Shown: positions 1-9,179 of the stretch, one piece after another
How the letters are laid out: the number at the start of each line of letters is the position of its first letter
How positions within the stretch are numbered: position 1 is the first letter of the stretch
NCBI GenBank assembly: GCA_051418015.1
Contig: JBPRGF010000026.1
Location: 1-64,000, forward strand
DNA: 64,000 nt
Origin: Candidatus Nitrospinota bacterium M3_3B_026
GTDB lineage: Bacteria; Nitrospinota_A; UBA7883; JBPRGF01
Direction: 5' to 3'
The notes under the pieces: model-generated
The model's database searches: none
Told to the model about the DNA's origin: nothing
The model's input: the letters and a program-made list of their open reading frames with translations, nothing else
Translations under genes and position numbers: made by a program

Positions 1-1
1 C

Positions 2-82
2 GACAAATCGAAAATCATCTGCCGCTCCACCTGGAACAAGGACATCCAGGTCGACGAGACGGGCAGCGACGAGCCGGTGTAG
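2..82 (+). CDS. possible 3' end of an unidentified gene cut by the window edge
   Basis: Open frame from the edge (DKSKIICRSTWNKDIQVDETGSDEPV*) with GC3-rich codons; no recognisable motif. Confidence 0.3.
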   Translation, partial: DKSKIICRSTWNKDIQVDETGSDEPV

Positions 83-147
83 CCATGCGGGGGCTTCTTT
101 GACATGCTGATCCTCTTGAACAGCTTCATCGGAGAATCGACCTTGCC

Positions 148-375
148 CTATGCGTGATTTACAGGTGTCAATGAAGCCGGGAAATTGATCCAGTGTGGCG
201 CCGCGGTCCGGTTGGGGGTCATTTGGGCGTGCTTGCGGCCGATGCGCCCGGCGAACTCCTTCTGGAACAGCTCGCAGTAATAATACGGGTTTTCGTACCA
301 GTCGCGCATGGCCTTCTCGACCGTGGATATCTCGTGATCGGTAATCCATGACCCGGCCATGTGAATCGTATCCAC
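148..375 (-). pseudogene. truncated DegT/DnrJ/EryC1/StrS (perosamine synthetase-like) aminotransferase, N-terminal fragment
   Basis: HMAGSWITDHEI...WYENPYYYCELFQKEFAGRIGRKHAQMTPN-TAA-H resembles the family N-terminus; stops at 75 aa, far short of a full enzyme. Confidence 0.65.
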
Positions 376-653
376 CTTGCTTTGTCTCCAAGAGGGCGGT
401 AAATCATGAACGCGTCAAACAAGAATGCAAAAGTGTATATCGCGCCGAACGCGAATAGCAAGACGCCAGCCCCTTCACGCTCGTCAACCATCATGGGGTA
501 ATAGCTGAAACACATATTTGGATTACAGATATCAAGCGGCCGTTGCTGGCCGAGTTTCCGGGTTTCATCAAGGTTCAGGAAAAAATTCCGGATGACGCCG
601 ATAATCGCCATGCTGCTTGAGCCAGGGGCGAACGGGGGCGAAAAATGATATCC

Positions 654-849
<196 letters not shown>

Positions 850-1057
850 AGCCTTTGACATCGTTTCCTCGCGCCGCCGTCCCCCGCGTTCTCCCCGGGT
901 CCGGCCGAAGCGCGGGGAGGAATTGTCCATATTCGCCGCGCCCTCTGTGAACGGTTTCGGCCCAGAGACCGGTCAGGCGCCCCTCGATGGGAGGCGTGGG
1001 GCGCGCTGACACCGGGTTCGTTTTCCGCGTTTGACGACCCTGGCCGCTCTCTGCAAG
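850..1057 (-). ncRNA. candidate structured RNA or long tRNA leader (possibly 6S-like)
   Basis: Lies between a sigma70-like promoter and the tRNA; 15-bp bulged stem (969-983/998-1015) plus further stems. Confidence 0.35.
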
Positions 1058-1063
1058 TCTTTT

Positions 1064-1093
1064 ACGATACAGCCGCGGCGGCGACCCTGTCAA
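1064..1093 (-). promoter_or_regulatory. sigma70-like promoter for the tRNA-Ser(GCT) transcript
   Basis: Minus strand TTGACA-N18-TATCGT. Confidence 0.55.
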
Positions 1094-1146
1094 CCGCCTG
1101 GGCTCACCGAAAGACGCGAGTCAGCCGAGCCGCTCTGTCCGGGCCC

Positions 1147-1497
1147 TCATCCTGTCCTGCCGTAGTCGTCCTCGGATCTTTCTATGTCGTCCTCGCCGAA
1201 GTAATCTCCTGTCTGGACCTCGATGAACACCATGTCCCCGGCGCCCGGGTTGCTGATCCTGTGCCATGTTTTGACGGGCAGGTCGACAGACTCACCCGCC
1301 GCAAGCTCGATCCGCTCGCCGTCCCTGGTCACAACGGCAATGCCGCTTACTACATACCAATGCTCGGAGCGCCTTGAATGGCGCTGGTAGCTTAGCCGCT
1401 GGCCGGGGCGGACGGTGATGCGCTTGACCTTATGGTCCGGAGCGTCCGACAGCACCTCGTAAAAACCCCAGGGCCTGTGGCCCTCGCTCCCGGTCAT
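1147..1497 (-). CDS. phosphomannose isomerase type II C-terminal cupin domain protein
   Basis: RPWG...KVKRITVRPGQRLSYQRH..RSEHW...HRISNPG...IEVQTGDYFGEDDIER motifs. Confidence 0.9.
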   Translation of the reverse strand: MTGSEGHRPWGFYEVLSDAPDHKVKRITVRPGQRLSYQRHSRRSEHWYVVSGIAVVTRDGERIELAAGESVDLPVKTWHRISNPGAGDMVFIEVQTGDYFGEDDIERSEDDYGRTG

Positions 1498-1920
1498 CTC
1501 TTCGATCCTTTCATGAGGGGGAGCCGTTCACCCTGTCTCCGATTATTGACGACTGCGAAAATAACGCGGCCGCGGTCTCATCAGGCAGGACGTGGTCCGG
1601 CGCTTTTTCACAATCCATGAAATTCCGCCACGCGGGCCGGAATGGCGCAAAATCCCGCAGTCTCATCAGTTTTACATTTCTTTTCAAGAAAACCCAGCTT
1701 CATATAATACCGGACTCGGCGGGCGAGGGCATCCCCCGCGTGTCCGGCGGCGTTGTCATGGATGTCAGCCTGGTTTATATTTGACATGGCTCCCTTCGGC
1801 CCGGTGTTTTGAGACGTGGTTGAAAAAGACCGTGGCGGATTGGCGGGCCGGGGTTTATGTTTAGCAGTACATAAAAGCCGATGAACCGGCTCGGGGAATA
1901 TTCAACAACCGGCGGGCGCC

Positions 1921-3168
1921 ATGGAAGTTCACGAGTTTTTCCTTTATCTGCTGATAATCCTGCTGACGGCGCGGATTTTCGCCGAGGCGGCCTCGCGGCT
2001 CCATGCCCCGCCGGTGATAGGCGAGCTGCTGGCGGGGGTGTTTTTGGGGCCTTCCCTGCTCGGATGGATCGAGCCCCTCAACGTCATCAAGCTGATGGCG
2101 GAGATAGGCATCATCCTGCTGCTGTTCGAGGTGGGGCTGGACACCGACGTCAAGCGCCTGTTCCGGGCGGGCGCCAAGTCCCTGATCGTGGCGATAGCCG
2201 GTTTTGTCCTCCCTTTTGTGTTCGGGTTTGCCCTCTGTTACATGATTTTCGGCCTGCCGTTGCTGCCGTCGCTTTTCGCCGGAGGGACCCTTACGGCCAC
2301 CAGCATAGGCGTGACCGTGCGGGTGCTGACGGACCTGAAGCGCCACGGCGCCCCGGAGGGGCAGATCGTGCTGGGAGCGGCGGTGATGGACGACGTGCTC
2401 GGGGTGGTTATGCTGGCGCTGCTTTACGAGTTCTCCATCGCCGGCGGCGTCAGCCTGGCGAACGCGGGCAAGGTGATGATCTTCGTGACGGCGTTTTTCA
2501 TACTCGCCCCCATGCTGGCCAAACTCATGTCCGTGGTCATAAAGCGTTTCGACGCCATCAGCGACATCCCCGGCCTTATACCAACCACCATCGTCTCCCT
2601 GGTGCTCTTTTTCGCGTGGCTGGCCCATGCCGTGGGCGCGCCGGAGCTTCTGGGCGGCTTCGCGGCGGGGCTGGCCCTGTCCAGGCGCTTTTTCCTGCCC
2701 CTCGGCGTGGCGTTGCACGTGGACGAGGCCTTCGCGCGCCGCATCGAGTACCAGATGACACCCATTATCCACCTGTTCACGCCGATCTTTTTCGTCATGG
2801 TCGGGCTTTCCCTGAACCTGCGTGAGATCGACTGGAACTCCACGTTTATCTGGCTTTTCTCTTTTTCCATGCTGGCGGCGGCCGTCGTGGGGAAGGTCGT
2901 TGGCGCGTTGGCGCTCCGGGCGCCGTGGCCGGAGCGCTGGATCATAGGGACGGCGATGATACCACGCGGGGAGGTGGGGTTGATTTTCGCCGAACTGGGC
3001 CGCGTCAGTGGCATCTTCAACAACGAGGTCTACGCGGGCATGGTGATCGTGATAGCCGTGACCACACTGGCGCCCCCCTTCGCCCTGAAGTGGCTCTATG
3101 GACGGTATGGCGACAGGATAGAGTCATCGCCGCCGGGGGAAGAGCCCGCGGAGCCCGAGCGGCCGTGA
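1921..3168 (+). CDS. cation:proton antiporter (CPA2, NapA/KefB-like)
   Basis: Highly hydrophobic; GELLAG, LLFEVGL, ATSIGVTVRVL, AAVMDD, MIPRGEVGLIFA motifs. Confidence 0.9.
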   Translation: MEVHEFFLYLLIILLTARIFAEAASRLHAPPVIGELLAGVFLGPSLLGWIEPLNVIKLMAEIGIILLLFEVGLDTDVKRLFRAGAKSLIVAIAGFVLPFVFGFALCYMIFGLPLLPSLFAGGTLTATSIGVTVRVLTDLKRHGAPEGQIVLGAAVMDDVLGVVMLALLYEFSIAGGVSLANAGKVMIFVTAFFILAPMLAKLMSVVIKRFDAISDIPGLIPTTIVSLVLFFAWLAHAVGAPELLGGFAAGLALSRRFFLPLGVALHVDEAFARRIEYQMTPIIHLFTPIFFVMVGLSLNLREIDWNSTFIWLFSFSMLAAAVVGKVVGALALRAPWPERWIIGTAMIPRGEVGLIFAELGRVSGIFNNEVYAGMVIVIAVTTLAPPFALKWLYGRYGDRIESSPPGEEPAEPERP

Positions 3169-3177
3169 AAGGCGTCT

Positions 3178-4914
3178 TCAGGAATCCTCGTAAACGCTGA
3201 CGAAACCCATCCTGTCCACGTCCACGAGGCCCTTGTCGGTTATCTTCAGATGGGGAATGACAGCGAGCGCGAGAAACGAGATGACCGAGAATGGGTTCTC
3301 GGCTTTCGACCCCATCAGCCTCGTCTCGTAGAGCAGCCGCTCCAGCTTCTCCACCACGGTCTCCGCGGGCTCGGCCGACATTAGCCCCGCGATCGGCAGC
3401 GGCAGGACGTCCTTTATCTCGCCCCCCACCGCCGCCGCGAGGCCGCCGCCGAGTTTTTCTATTTCCCGCGCCGCCGTCAGCATCGACCTGTCATCGGCGC
3501 CAGCCACAACGATGTTGTGCGAGTCGTGGGCGACCGACGACGCGATGGCGCCCTCGGAAAGCCCCAGGCCGCGGACAAAGCCCAGCCCGATGTTCCCCGT
3601 CCCCTTGTGCCGCTCCATCACGGCGATCTTCAATATGTCCCTGCCCGTGTCGGCAAGCAGGGCGCCGTTTTCAGAGGACAGGCGGGCCAGGCCGTGGCCG
3701 GTGATGATCTGGCCAGGAACCGCCTCGATCACCCTGACACGCTCCCCGCGGTCCTCGACGCGGAAGCTCTCTTCCGAGAGGCGCTTCACGTTCATCCTGG
3801 AGGTTATGAAGCCGTCGTGATGGCCGGGGATGTCCAGGACGGCTTCGCCGCCATCCACCACCAGCGCGCCGGACTTTATGACCTTGTCCACCTTGAAATT
3901 TTCCAGGTCCTCCACAATGACCATGTCGGCGGCGTATCCCGGCGCGATGGCGCCCCTGCGGCGCAGACCGTAAAAGGAAGCCGGGTTGAACGTTACCATT
4001 CTTACGGCGCTGGCGGCGTCCAGCCCGGCGCGGACGGCCTTTCGGAGCGTGTCGTCGAGGTGGCCGTGGCGCAAAAGGTCCAGCGGGCTCTTGTCGTCGG
4101 AGACGAAGAGGACGCGGTGTATGTTCTTTTCGTTGATTGCGGGGACGAGGTCGGCGAGGTTTTTCTCCACCGTCCCTTCCCGGATCATGACGCGCATCCC
4201 CGCCCTCAACTTCCCGATCGCCTCCCCGGCGCTCACGCATTCGTGGTCCGTGTCCACGCCGCAGGCTATATAGGCCTGCAGGTCCGCGCCGGAAAGGCCA
4301 GGCGCGTGGCCGTCCAGGAATTTGCCGGATGCGCGGGCGGCGGCTATCTTCTCCAGCGTGGACTCGTCGCCGCTTATGACGCCGGGAAAGTTCATCATCT
4401 CCGCCAGGCCCAGGACGTTCTTCTTTTTCAGCAATCTTTTTACCTGGCCGGCGCCAAGCTTCGCGCCGGATGTCTCCAGCGCCGTGGCGGGGACGCAGGA
4501 GGGAACCATGAAGTAAAAGTCCAGGGGAAGGCTCTCCGCCGCTTTCAGCATGAACTCGAACCCCCGGACGCCGGCCACGTTGACGATCTCGTGAGGGTCG
4601 GCGATCACCGCCGCCGTCCCGCGCCGCAGGACGAGCCTTGCGAACTCCCAGGGCGCAAGAAGCGAGCTTTCGATATGGATATGCGCGTCCATCAGGCCGG
4701 GGAGGACGTATTTGCCCTCCGCGTCCAGGACTGTCTTCCCGTCACGGTAAAAATCCCCCACGCCCGCTATCTTGTCCCCCAGCGCGGCCACGCCGGTTTT
4801 GTATATCTCGCCGGTGAAGACGTTCACCACCCGCGCGTTCGTGATGAGAAGGTTCGCCGGGGCCTCCCCCCGCGCGGTCTCTATCAGGCGGGAAAGTTTT
4901 TCCCTGTCTTCCAT
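3178..4914 (-). CDS. ade: adenine deaminase
   Basis: PGLMDAHIHIESS, DPHEIVNV, LAEMMNFPGV, DGHAPG, DHEC, SVAHDSHN motifs. Confidence 0.95.
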   Translation of the reverse strand: MEDREKLSRLIETARGEAPANLLITNARVVNVFTGEIYKTGVAALGDKIAGVGDFYRDGKTVLDAEGKYVLPGLMDAHIHIESSLLAPWEFARLVLRRGTAAVIADPHEIVNVAGVRGFEFMLKAAESLPLDFYFMVPSCVPATALETSGAKLGAGQVKRLLKKKNVLGLAEMMNFPGVISGDESTLEKIAAARASGKFLDGHAPGLSGADLQAYIACGVDTDHECVSAGEAIGKLRAGMRVMIREGTVEKNLADLVPAINEKNIHRVLFVSDDKSPLDLLRHGHLDDTLRKAVRAGLDAASAVRMVTFNPASFYGLRRRGAIAPGYAADMVIVEDLENFKVDKVIKSGALVVDGGEAVLDIPGHHDGFITSRMNVKRLSEESFRVEDRGERVRVIEAVPGQIITGHGLARLSSENGALLADTGRDILKIAVMERHKGTGNIGLGFVRGLGLSEGAIASSVAHDSHNIVVAGADDRSMLTAAREIEKLGGGLAAAVGGEIKDVLPLPIAGLMSAEPAETVVEKLERLLYETRLMGSKAENPFSVISFLALAVIPHLKITDKGLVDVDRMGFVSVYEDS

Positions 4915-4942
4915 TTTTCCCTTCCCGCCGCGTTCTTTCGGC

Positions 4943-5470
4943 CTAGTCTTTCACATAGCCTATGTAGGGCAGATTCCTGTATTTCTCGTTGAGGTCGATG
5001 CCGTAGCCGACCACGAACCTGTCCGGGACGGTGAACCCGGTGTAATCCAGAGAGACTTCCTTCACCCTGCGCGCGGGCTTGTCCAGCAGGGCGCAGACCG
5101 CAAGCGACCGCGGCTTCTTCCATGCCAGAAACTCCCTGATGAAGCTCAGCGTTATGCCCGTGTCAATGATGTCTTCTATGATTATCACGTCCCTGCCCTC
5201 GATGGAGGTCGACACGTCCGAGACGATCTTCACCACCCCGGAGGAGCTTTTCGCCGCGCCGTAGCTGGAGACGCCGAGGAAGTCGCAGGCCACCGGAAGG
5301 TCGATATTCCTCGCAAGATCGGCCATGAAGACCCACGCCCCCTTCAGGACGCCGATGAGGACCGGCTCGCCGTCCGCGTAATCCCCGGTGATCGCGCGCC
5401 CCAGCTCGGCGGCCTTCTCCGCGATCTCCTCCGCGGATATAAGCTCCACTATCTTGTCATCAATCCTCAT
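4943..5470 (-). CDS. hpt: hypoxanthine phosphoribosyltransferase
   Basis: GVLKGA, VSSYG, IIEDIIDTGITL, FVVGYGID motifs. Confidence 0.95.
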   Translation of the reverse strand: MRIDDKIVELISAEEIAEKAAELGRAITGDYADGEPVLIGVLKGAWVFMADLARNIDLPVACDFLGVSSYGAAKSSSGVVKIVSDVSTSIEGRDVIIIEDIIDTGITLSFIREFLAWKKPRSLAVCALLDKPARRVKEVSLDYTGFTVPDRFVVGYGIDLNEKYRNLPYIGYVKD

Positions 5471-5596
5471 TCGCGGATCTCCCGGCAAGCGGACAGGGGG
5501 CGTGAATCCTCGTTTTTATCCGTCATTATTAAATCTACATCACATCCTCTCTCCTGTAAAAGAGCGGCGGCAGGGGGGTGTCTCGGTTTGAAAAAC

Positions 5597-5637
5597 AAAT
5601 CAAGGCCCTTCATTGCGCTTTGCTTGTTCAGGACGAC
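5597..5637 (-). repeat. degenerate REP-like palindromic repeat arm (same family as 61155-61256)
   Basis: Reverse complement GTCGTCCTGAACAAGC...TGAAGGGCCTTGATTT matches 61155-61204 GTCGTCCTGAACGAGC...TGAAGGACCTTGATTT. Confidence 0.7.
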
Positions 5638-5818
5638 GAGGGGTTGGCAAACCGGAGACGATTCGGCGTCCCGAGCCCCTTCACGGCGTTCAGGGCAGGC
5701 CCCGCGCTCCTCTGGCGGCGGGGAGGGGCTGAAAATTAATCCGTTGAACGCGCCGTGGAAAAGTGAGAACATCATTATTCTGGGGAGAGGAATTGGCTCG
5801 AACGCGCAGACGCTGGAA

Positions 5819-7771
5819 ATGAAAAAGATCCACGAATACGAAATCCTGGAGAGGATAGAGGGCCCGGAGGACATAAAATCCCTGCCCGTCTCCGCCCTGC
5901 CGGAGCTTGCCCGGGAGGTACGCGCCAGGATCATAGATGTGGTTTCCCGCTCCGGGGGGCATCTTGCCTCCAGCCTTGGGGTGGTGGAGCTTACCATCGC
6001 GCTGCATTACGTCTACGACCTCCCCGGGGACAAGATCGTCTGGGACGTGGGGCATCAGTGCTATGCCCACAAGATCCTGACCGGCAGGAACAAAACGTTC
6101 GACACCTTGCGCAAGGCTGGGGGAGTCTCCGGCTTCCCGAGCAGGGAGGAGAGCCTCTACGACTGCTTCAACACCGGTCATGCCGGCACGTCCATATCGG
6201 CCGCCCTGGGGCTGGCCCGCGCGCGCGACCACCAGGGGGGGGACAACGACGTCATAGCCGTCATCGGCGACGGGTCGCTCACGGCCGGGCTGGCCTTCGA
6301 GGGGCTCAACCACGCCGGCGCGACGCATACCGGCCTAACCGTCGTGCTGAACGACAACAAGATGTCCATCTCCCGCAACGTGGGCGCCCTCTCCCAGCAC
6401 CTGAACAGGATAATCACCGGCAAGTGGTACACCAAGATCAGGGACGAGTTCGACCACATCGTGAACGCCCTGGCGGGCGGCCAGGTGGCGCAGTTCACCC
6501 GGAGGTTCGAGGAGGCCGTCAAGAGCGTCATAGTTCCCGGCAGGCTGTTCGAGGACCTCGGCTACAAGTACGTCGGCCCTATCGACGGGCACGAGATAGA
6601 GTACCTGGTGGAGACGTTCCAGGCTGTCCGGGAGCTGAAAGGCCCCAGGCTCGTGCACGTGGTAACCACCAAGGGTAAGGGCTACCCCCCCGCGGAGGAG
6701 AAAGCGCCCTACTTCCACGGCGTCGCCCCCTTCCACCCCGAGACGGGGGACAAGGTGAACGGCTCCTCCGGCGTCACCTACACCGACGTCTTCTCGGAGA
6801 CGCTCATGGATCTTGCCGCCGACGACGAGCGGATAGCGGCCATAACGGCCGCCATGCCCCAGGGGACAGGGCTGGACGGGTTCGCCAGCGCATACCCGGA
6901 CCGTTTCTACGACGTTGGCATAGCCGAGCAGCATGGGGCCACCTTCGCCGCCGGGCTGGCGGCGGAGGGGATGAAACCGGTGGTCGCCGTTTACTCCACG
7001 TTCCTGCAGAGGGTCTTCGACCAGATAGTCCACGACGTGTGCCTGATGAACCTGGACGTCACCTTCGCCGTGGACAGGGCGGGGATAGTGGGAGAGGACG
7101 GCGTCACCCACCAGGGGCTTTTCGACCTGTCCTACCTTCGCCTCGCCCCCAACATGATAGTCATGGCGCCGAAGGACGGCCTGGAGTTGCGGAGGATGCT
7201 GAAGACGGCCCTGGACTATCCCGGCCCGGCGGCGCTGAGGTATCCGCGCGGGGCCGCCGCCCGGGTGGAGCGGCCGGAGAAGGTGGAGCCCTTGCCCGTG
7301 GGGAAGGCGGAGGTTTTGAGGGAGGGGGACGACCTTTGCATAATGGCCGTGGGATCGATGGTCCTGCCCGCCCTGGAGGCCGCGGAGCGGCTCGGGGCAG
7401 ACGGGCTGTCCGTCGCCGTGGTGAACGCCCGATTCGTAAAACCCATCGACGAGAAAATCATAGAGAAAATGGCCCGCTCCTGCGGGCTGCTGCTGACCGT
7501 GGAGGAGAACGTCCTGGCGGGCGGGTTCGGGTCCGCCGTCCTGGAGGCCGTGGAGTCCATGGGCCTTTCCCGCGCCGCCGTCCGCAGGCTCGGCGTCCCG
7601 GACGTCTTTGTAAGCCACGGCTCCCAGGCCGGGAAACGGCGCGAGCTGCGCCTTGACGCCGGCGGGATCGAGAGGACGGCCAGGGAGCTTCTCGCCGGGG
7701 AAAAACCGGGGCTTTTCAAGACCCGCCGCCCCTCCCATGCCAAAAAAGCGGCTGGATACCCTTCTTGTTGA
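5819..7771 (+). CDS. dxs: 1-deoxy-D-xylulose-5-phosphate synthase
   Basis: GGHLASSLG, WDVGHQCYAHK, GHAGTSISA, GDGSLTAG...NDN, DVGIAEQH; start set at ATG 5819. Confidence 0.96.
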   Translation: MKKIHEYEILERIEGPEDIKSLPVSALPELAREVRARIIDVVSRSGGHLASSLGVVELTIALHYVYDLPGDKIVWDVGHQCYAHKILTGRNKTFDTLRKAGGVSGFPSREESLYDCFNTGHAGTSISAALGLARARDHQGGDNDVIAVIGDGSLTAGLAFEGLNHAGATHTGLTVVLNDNKMSISRNVGALSQHLNRIITGKWYTKIRDEFDHIVNALAGGQVAQFTRRFEEAVKSVIVPGRLFEDLGYKYVGPIDGHEIEYLVETFQAVRELKGPRLVHVVTTKGKGYPPAEEKAPYFHGVAPFHPETGDKVNGSSGVTYTDVFSETLMDLAADDERIAAITAAMPQGTGLDGFASAYPDRFYDVGIAEQHGATFAAGLAAEGMKPVVAVYSTFLQRVFDQIVHDVCLMNLDVTFAVDRAGIVGEDGVTHQGLFDLSYLRLAPNMIVMAPKDGLELRRMLKTALDYPGPAALRYPRGAAARVERPEKVEPLPVGKAEVLREGDDLCIMAVGSMVLPALEAAERLGADGLSVAVVNARFVKPIDEKIIEKMARSCGLLLTVEENVLAGGFGSAVLEAVESMGLSRAAVRRLGVPDVFVSHGSQAGKRRELRLDAGGIERTARELLAGEKPGLFKTRRPSHAKKAAGYPSC

Positions 7772-8471
7772 GCTGGGCCTGGCCGAAACCAGGAGCCGCG
7801 CTCAGGGGATGATCATGGCCGGGCTGGCGTTTGTCGACGGAAGGCCGGTCACAAAGGCCGGGACGCTCATCCGTGAAGGCTCCGAGATAACCGTAAAGGG
7901 AAAGGATATCCCATACGTCTCGCGCGGCGGGCTCAAGCTCGAGGCCGCCCTCGACCGGTTTGGGGTTGACCCCGCCGGGCTCGTCTGTCTGGACATAGGC
8001 GCCGGGACGGGGGGATTCACCGACTGCCTGCTGAAGCGCGGCGCGCGAAGGGTCTGGGCCGTGGACGTGGGCAAAAGCCAGCTCGACTACCGGTTGAGAA
8101 CGGACGACAGGGTCGTCTGCCTGGAGGGGGTCAACGTGAGGAGGATGGACGCGGCCACGATAAAGGACCCCATAGACCTTGCGGTGGCGGACGTGTCGTT
8201 CATATCTCTGAAGCTTGTGCTCCCGCCCGCGCTGCCCGCCCTCAGGGAGGGCGCCTCCCTGGTGGCGCTGGTGAAGCCGCAGTTCGAGGCGGGGCCGGAG
8301 AAGGTCGGCAAAGGCGGGGTGGTCCGCGACGAGGCGGCGCGGAGGGCCGTCGTGGACGATCTTGTGTCCTTTTTCGCCGCGTTGGGTCTTCAAAGCCTGG
8401 GCGAGTTCCAGTCCCCCGTCCCCGGCAGGAAGGGGAACATAGAGTATTTTATCCACTTGAAGACGAAGTGA
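7737..8471 (+). CDS. tlyA: TlyA family rRNA methyltransferase
   Basis: KKRLD S4-like start, YVSRGGLKL, LDIGAGTGGFTD, DVSFISL, LVKPQFE, GNIEY. Confidence 0.93.
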   Translation: MPKKRLDTLLVELGLAETRSRAQGMIMAGLAFVDGRPVTKAGTLIREGSEITVKGKDIPYVSRGGLKLEAALDRFGVDPAGLVCLDIGAGTGGFTDCLLKRGARRVWAVDVGKSQLDYRLRTDDRVVCLEGVNVRRMDAATIKDPIDLAVADVSFISLKLVLPPALPALREGASLVALVKPQFEAGPEKVGKGGVVRDEAARRAVVDDLVSFFAALGLQSLGEFQSPVPGRKGNIEYFIHLKTK

Positions 8472-8525
8472 CAGGGCCCGCGCAAGTAAAAGCCTCCACC
8501 GTCTCCCCGGGCCGAAAAAACAATG

Positions 8526-8554
8526 TTGACAGCCCGGCTATAGGTGTCTATACT
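8526..8554 (+). promoter_or_regulatory. near-consensus sigma70 promoter upstream of rplV
   Basis: TTGACA(8526-8531)-N17-TATACT(8549-8554). Confidence 0.85.
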
Positions 8555-8633
8555 TTCTGTTTTTTCTCTAAATACAACCGGCCTCCGGCGCATGATTCCG
8601 CCCGGGCGGCCGGGAAGGCGGAGTTTGGAGGTT

Positions 8634-9176
8634 ATGGAGGCCATCGAAGCCAGCGCCACGCTGCGGTTTCACAGGATATCGCCCCAGAGGACCCGGCTCG
8701 TGGCGGACATGATCCGCGGCAGGAAGGTCGAGGAGGCGATGAGGATCCTGCGTTTCACGAACAGGAGGAGCGCGGACGTCCTGGTCAAGCTGTTGAAATC
8801 CGCCGTGGCCAACGCGGAGGGCAAGAACGTGGAGGAGCCCGAGCTTTTGCGGGTAGAGAAGGTCTGGGTTTGCCAGGGCCCCGTGTATCGGCGGCAGATG
8901 CCCAGGGCCCGCGGCAGGGCCAACATAATCCGCCGCCCGACGAGCCATATCACCATACTGGTGAAGGAGGATATCAAGGAGAAGGAGGCCGCGGCCGCCG
9001 AGAGGGCCGCCAGGGAGGCGAAGCGGGCCAAAAAGAGAGCCGCCCGGAAAAAGGGCGGAGAGAAGGCCGCGAAGGAGAAAAAAGCCTCCCCCAAGGCGAA
9101 GGCCGGCGACGCCGGAAAGGACAAGGCCGCTAAAAAATCCTCCGGCGGCGGCGCTGAAAAGAAGAAGGAAAAATAG
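8634..9176 (+). CDS. rplV: 50S ribosomal protein L22 with a Lys/Ala-rich C-terminal extension
   Basis: RISPQRTRLVADMIRG, LLKSAVANA, PRARGRA..I.RPTSHITI; alternative start TTG 8625. Confidence 0.95.
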   Translation: MEAIEASATLRFHRISPQRTRLVADMIRGRKVEEAMRILRFTNRRSADVLVKLLKSAVANAEGKNVEEPELLRVEKVWVCQGPVYRRQMPRARGRANIIRRPTSHITILVKEDIKEKEAAAAERAAREAKRAKKRAARKKGGEKAAKEKKASPKAKAGDAGKDKAAKKSSGGGAEKKKEK

Positions 9177-9179
9177 AAG

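Noticed and set aside
591..623. GATGACGCCG...TTGAGCC also seen at about 54959-54990
   Set aside because: Short, differently spaced, and in the opposite orientation relative to the tRNA-flank homology; likely chance
4772..5818. 999-aa ORF suggesting a long N-terminal extension on Dxs
   Set aside because: The upstream part is antisense to hpt/ade plus intergenic DNA; Dxs similarity begins near ATG 5819
5793..5822. 9-codon uORF (TTG...TGA) overlapping the dxs ATG
   Set aside because: Too short to support, and easily arises by chance
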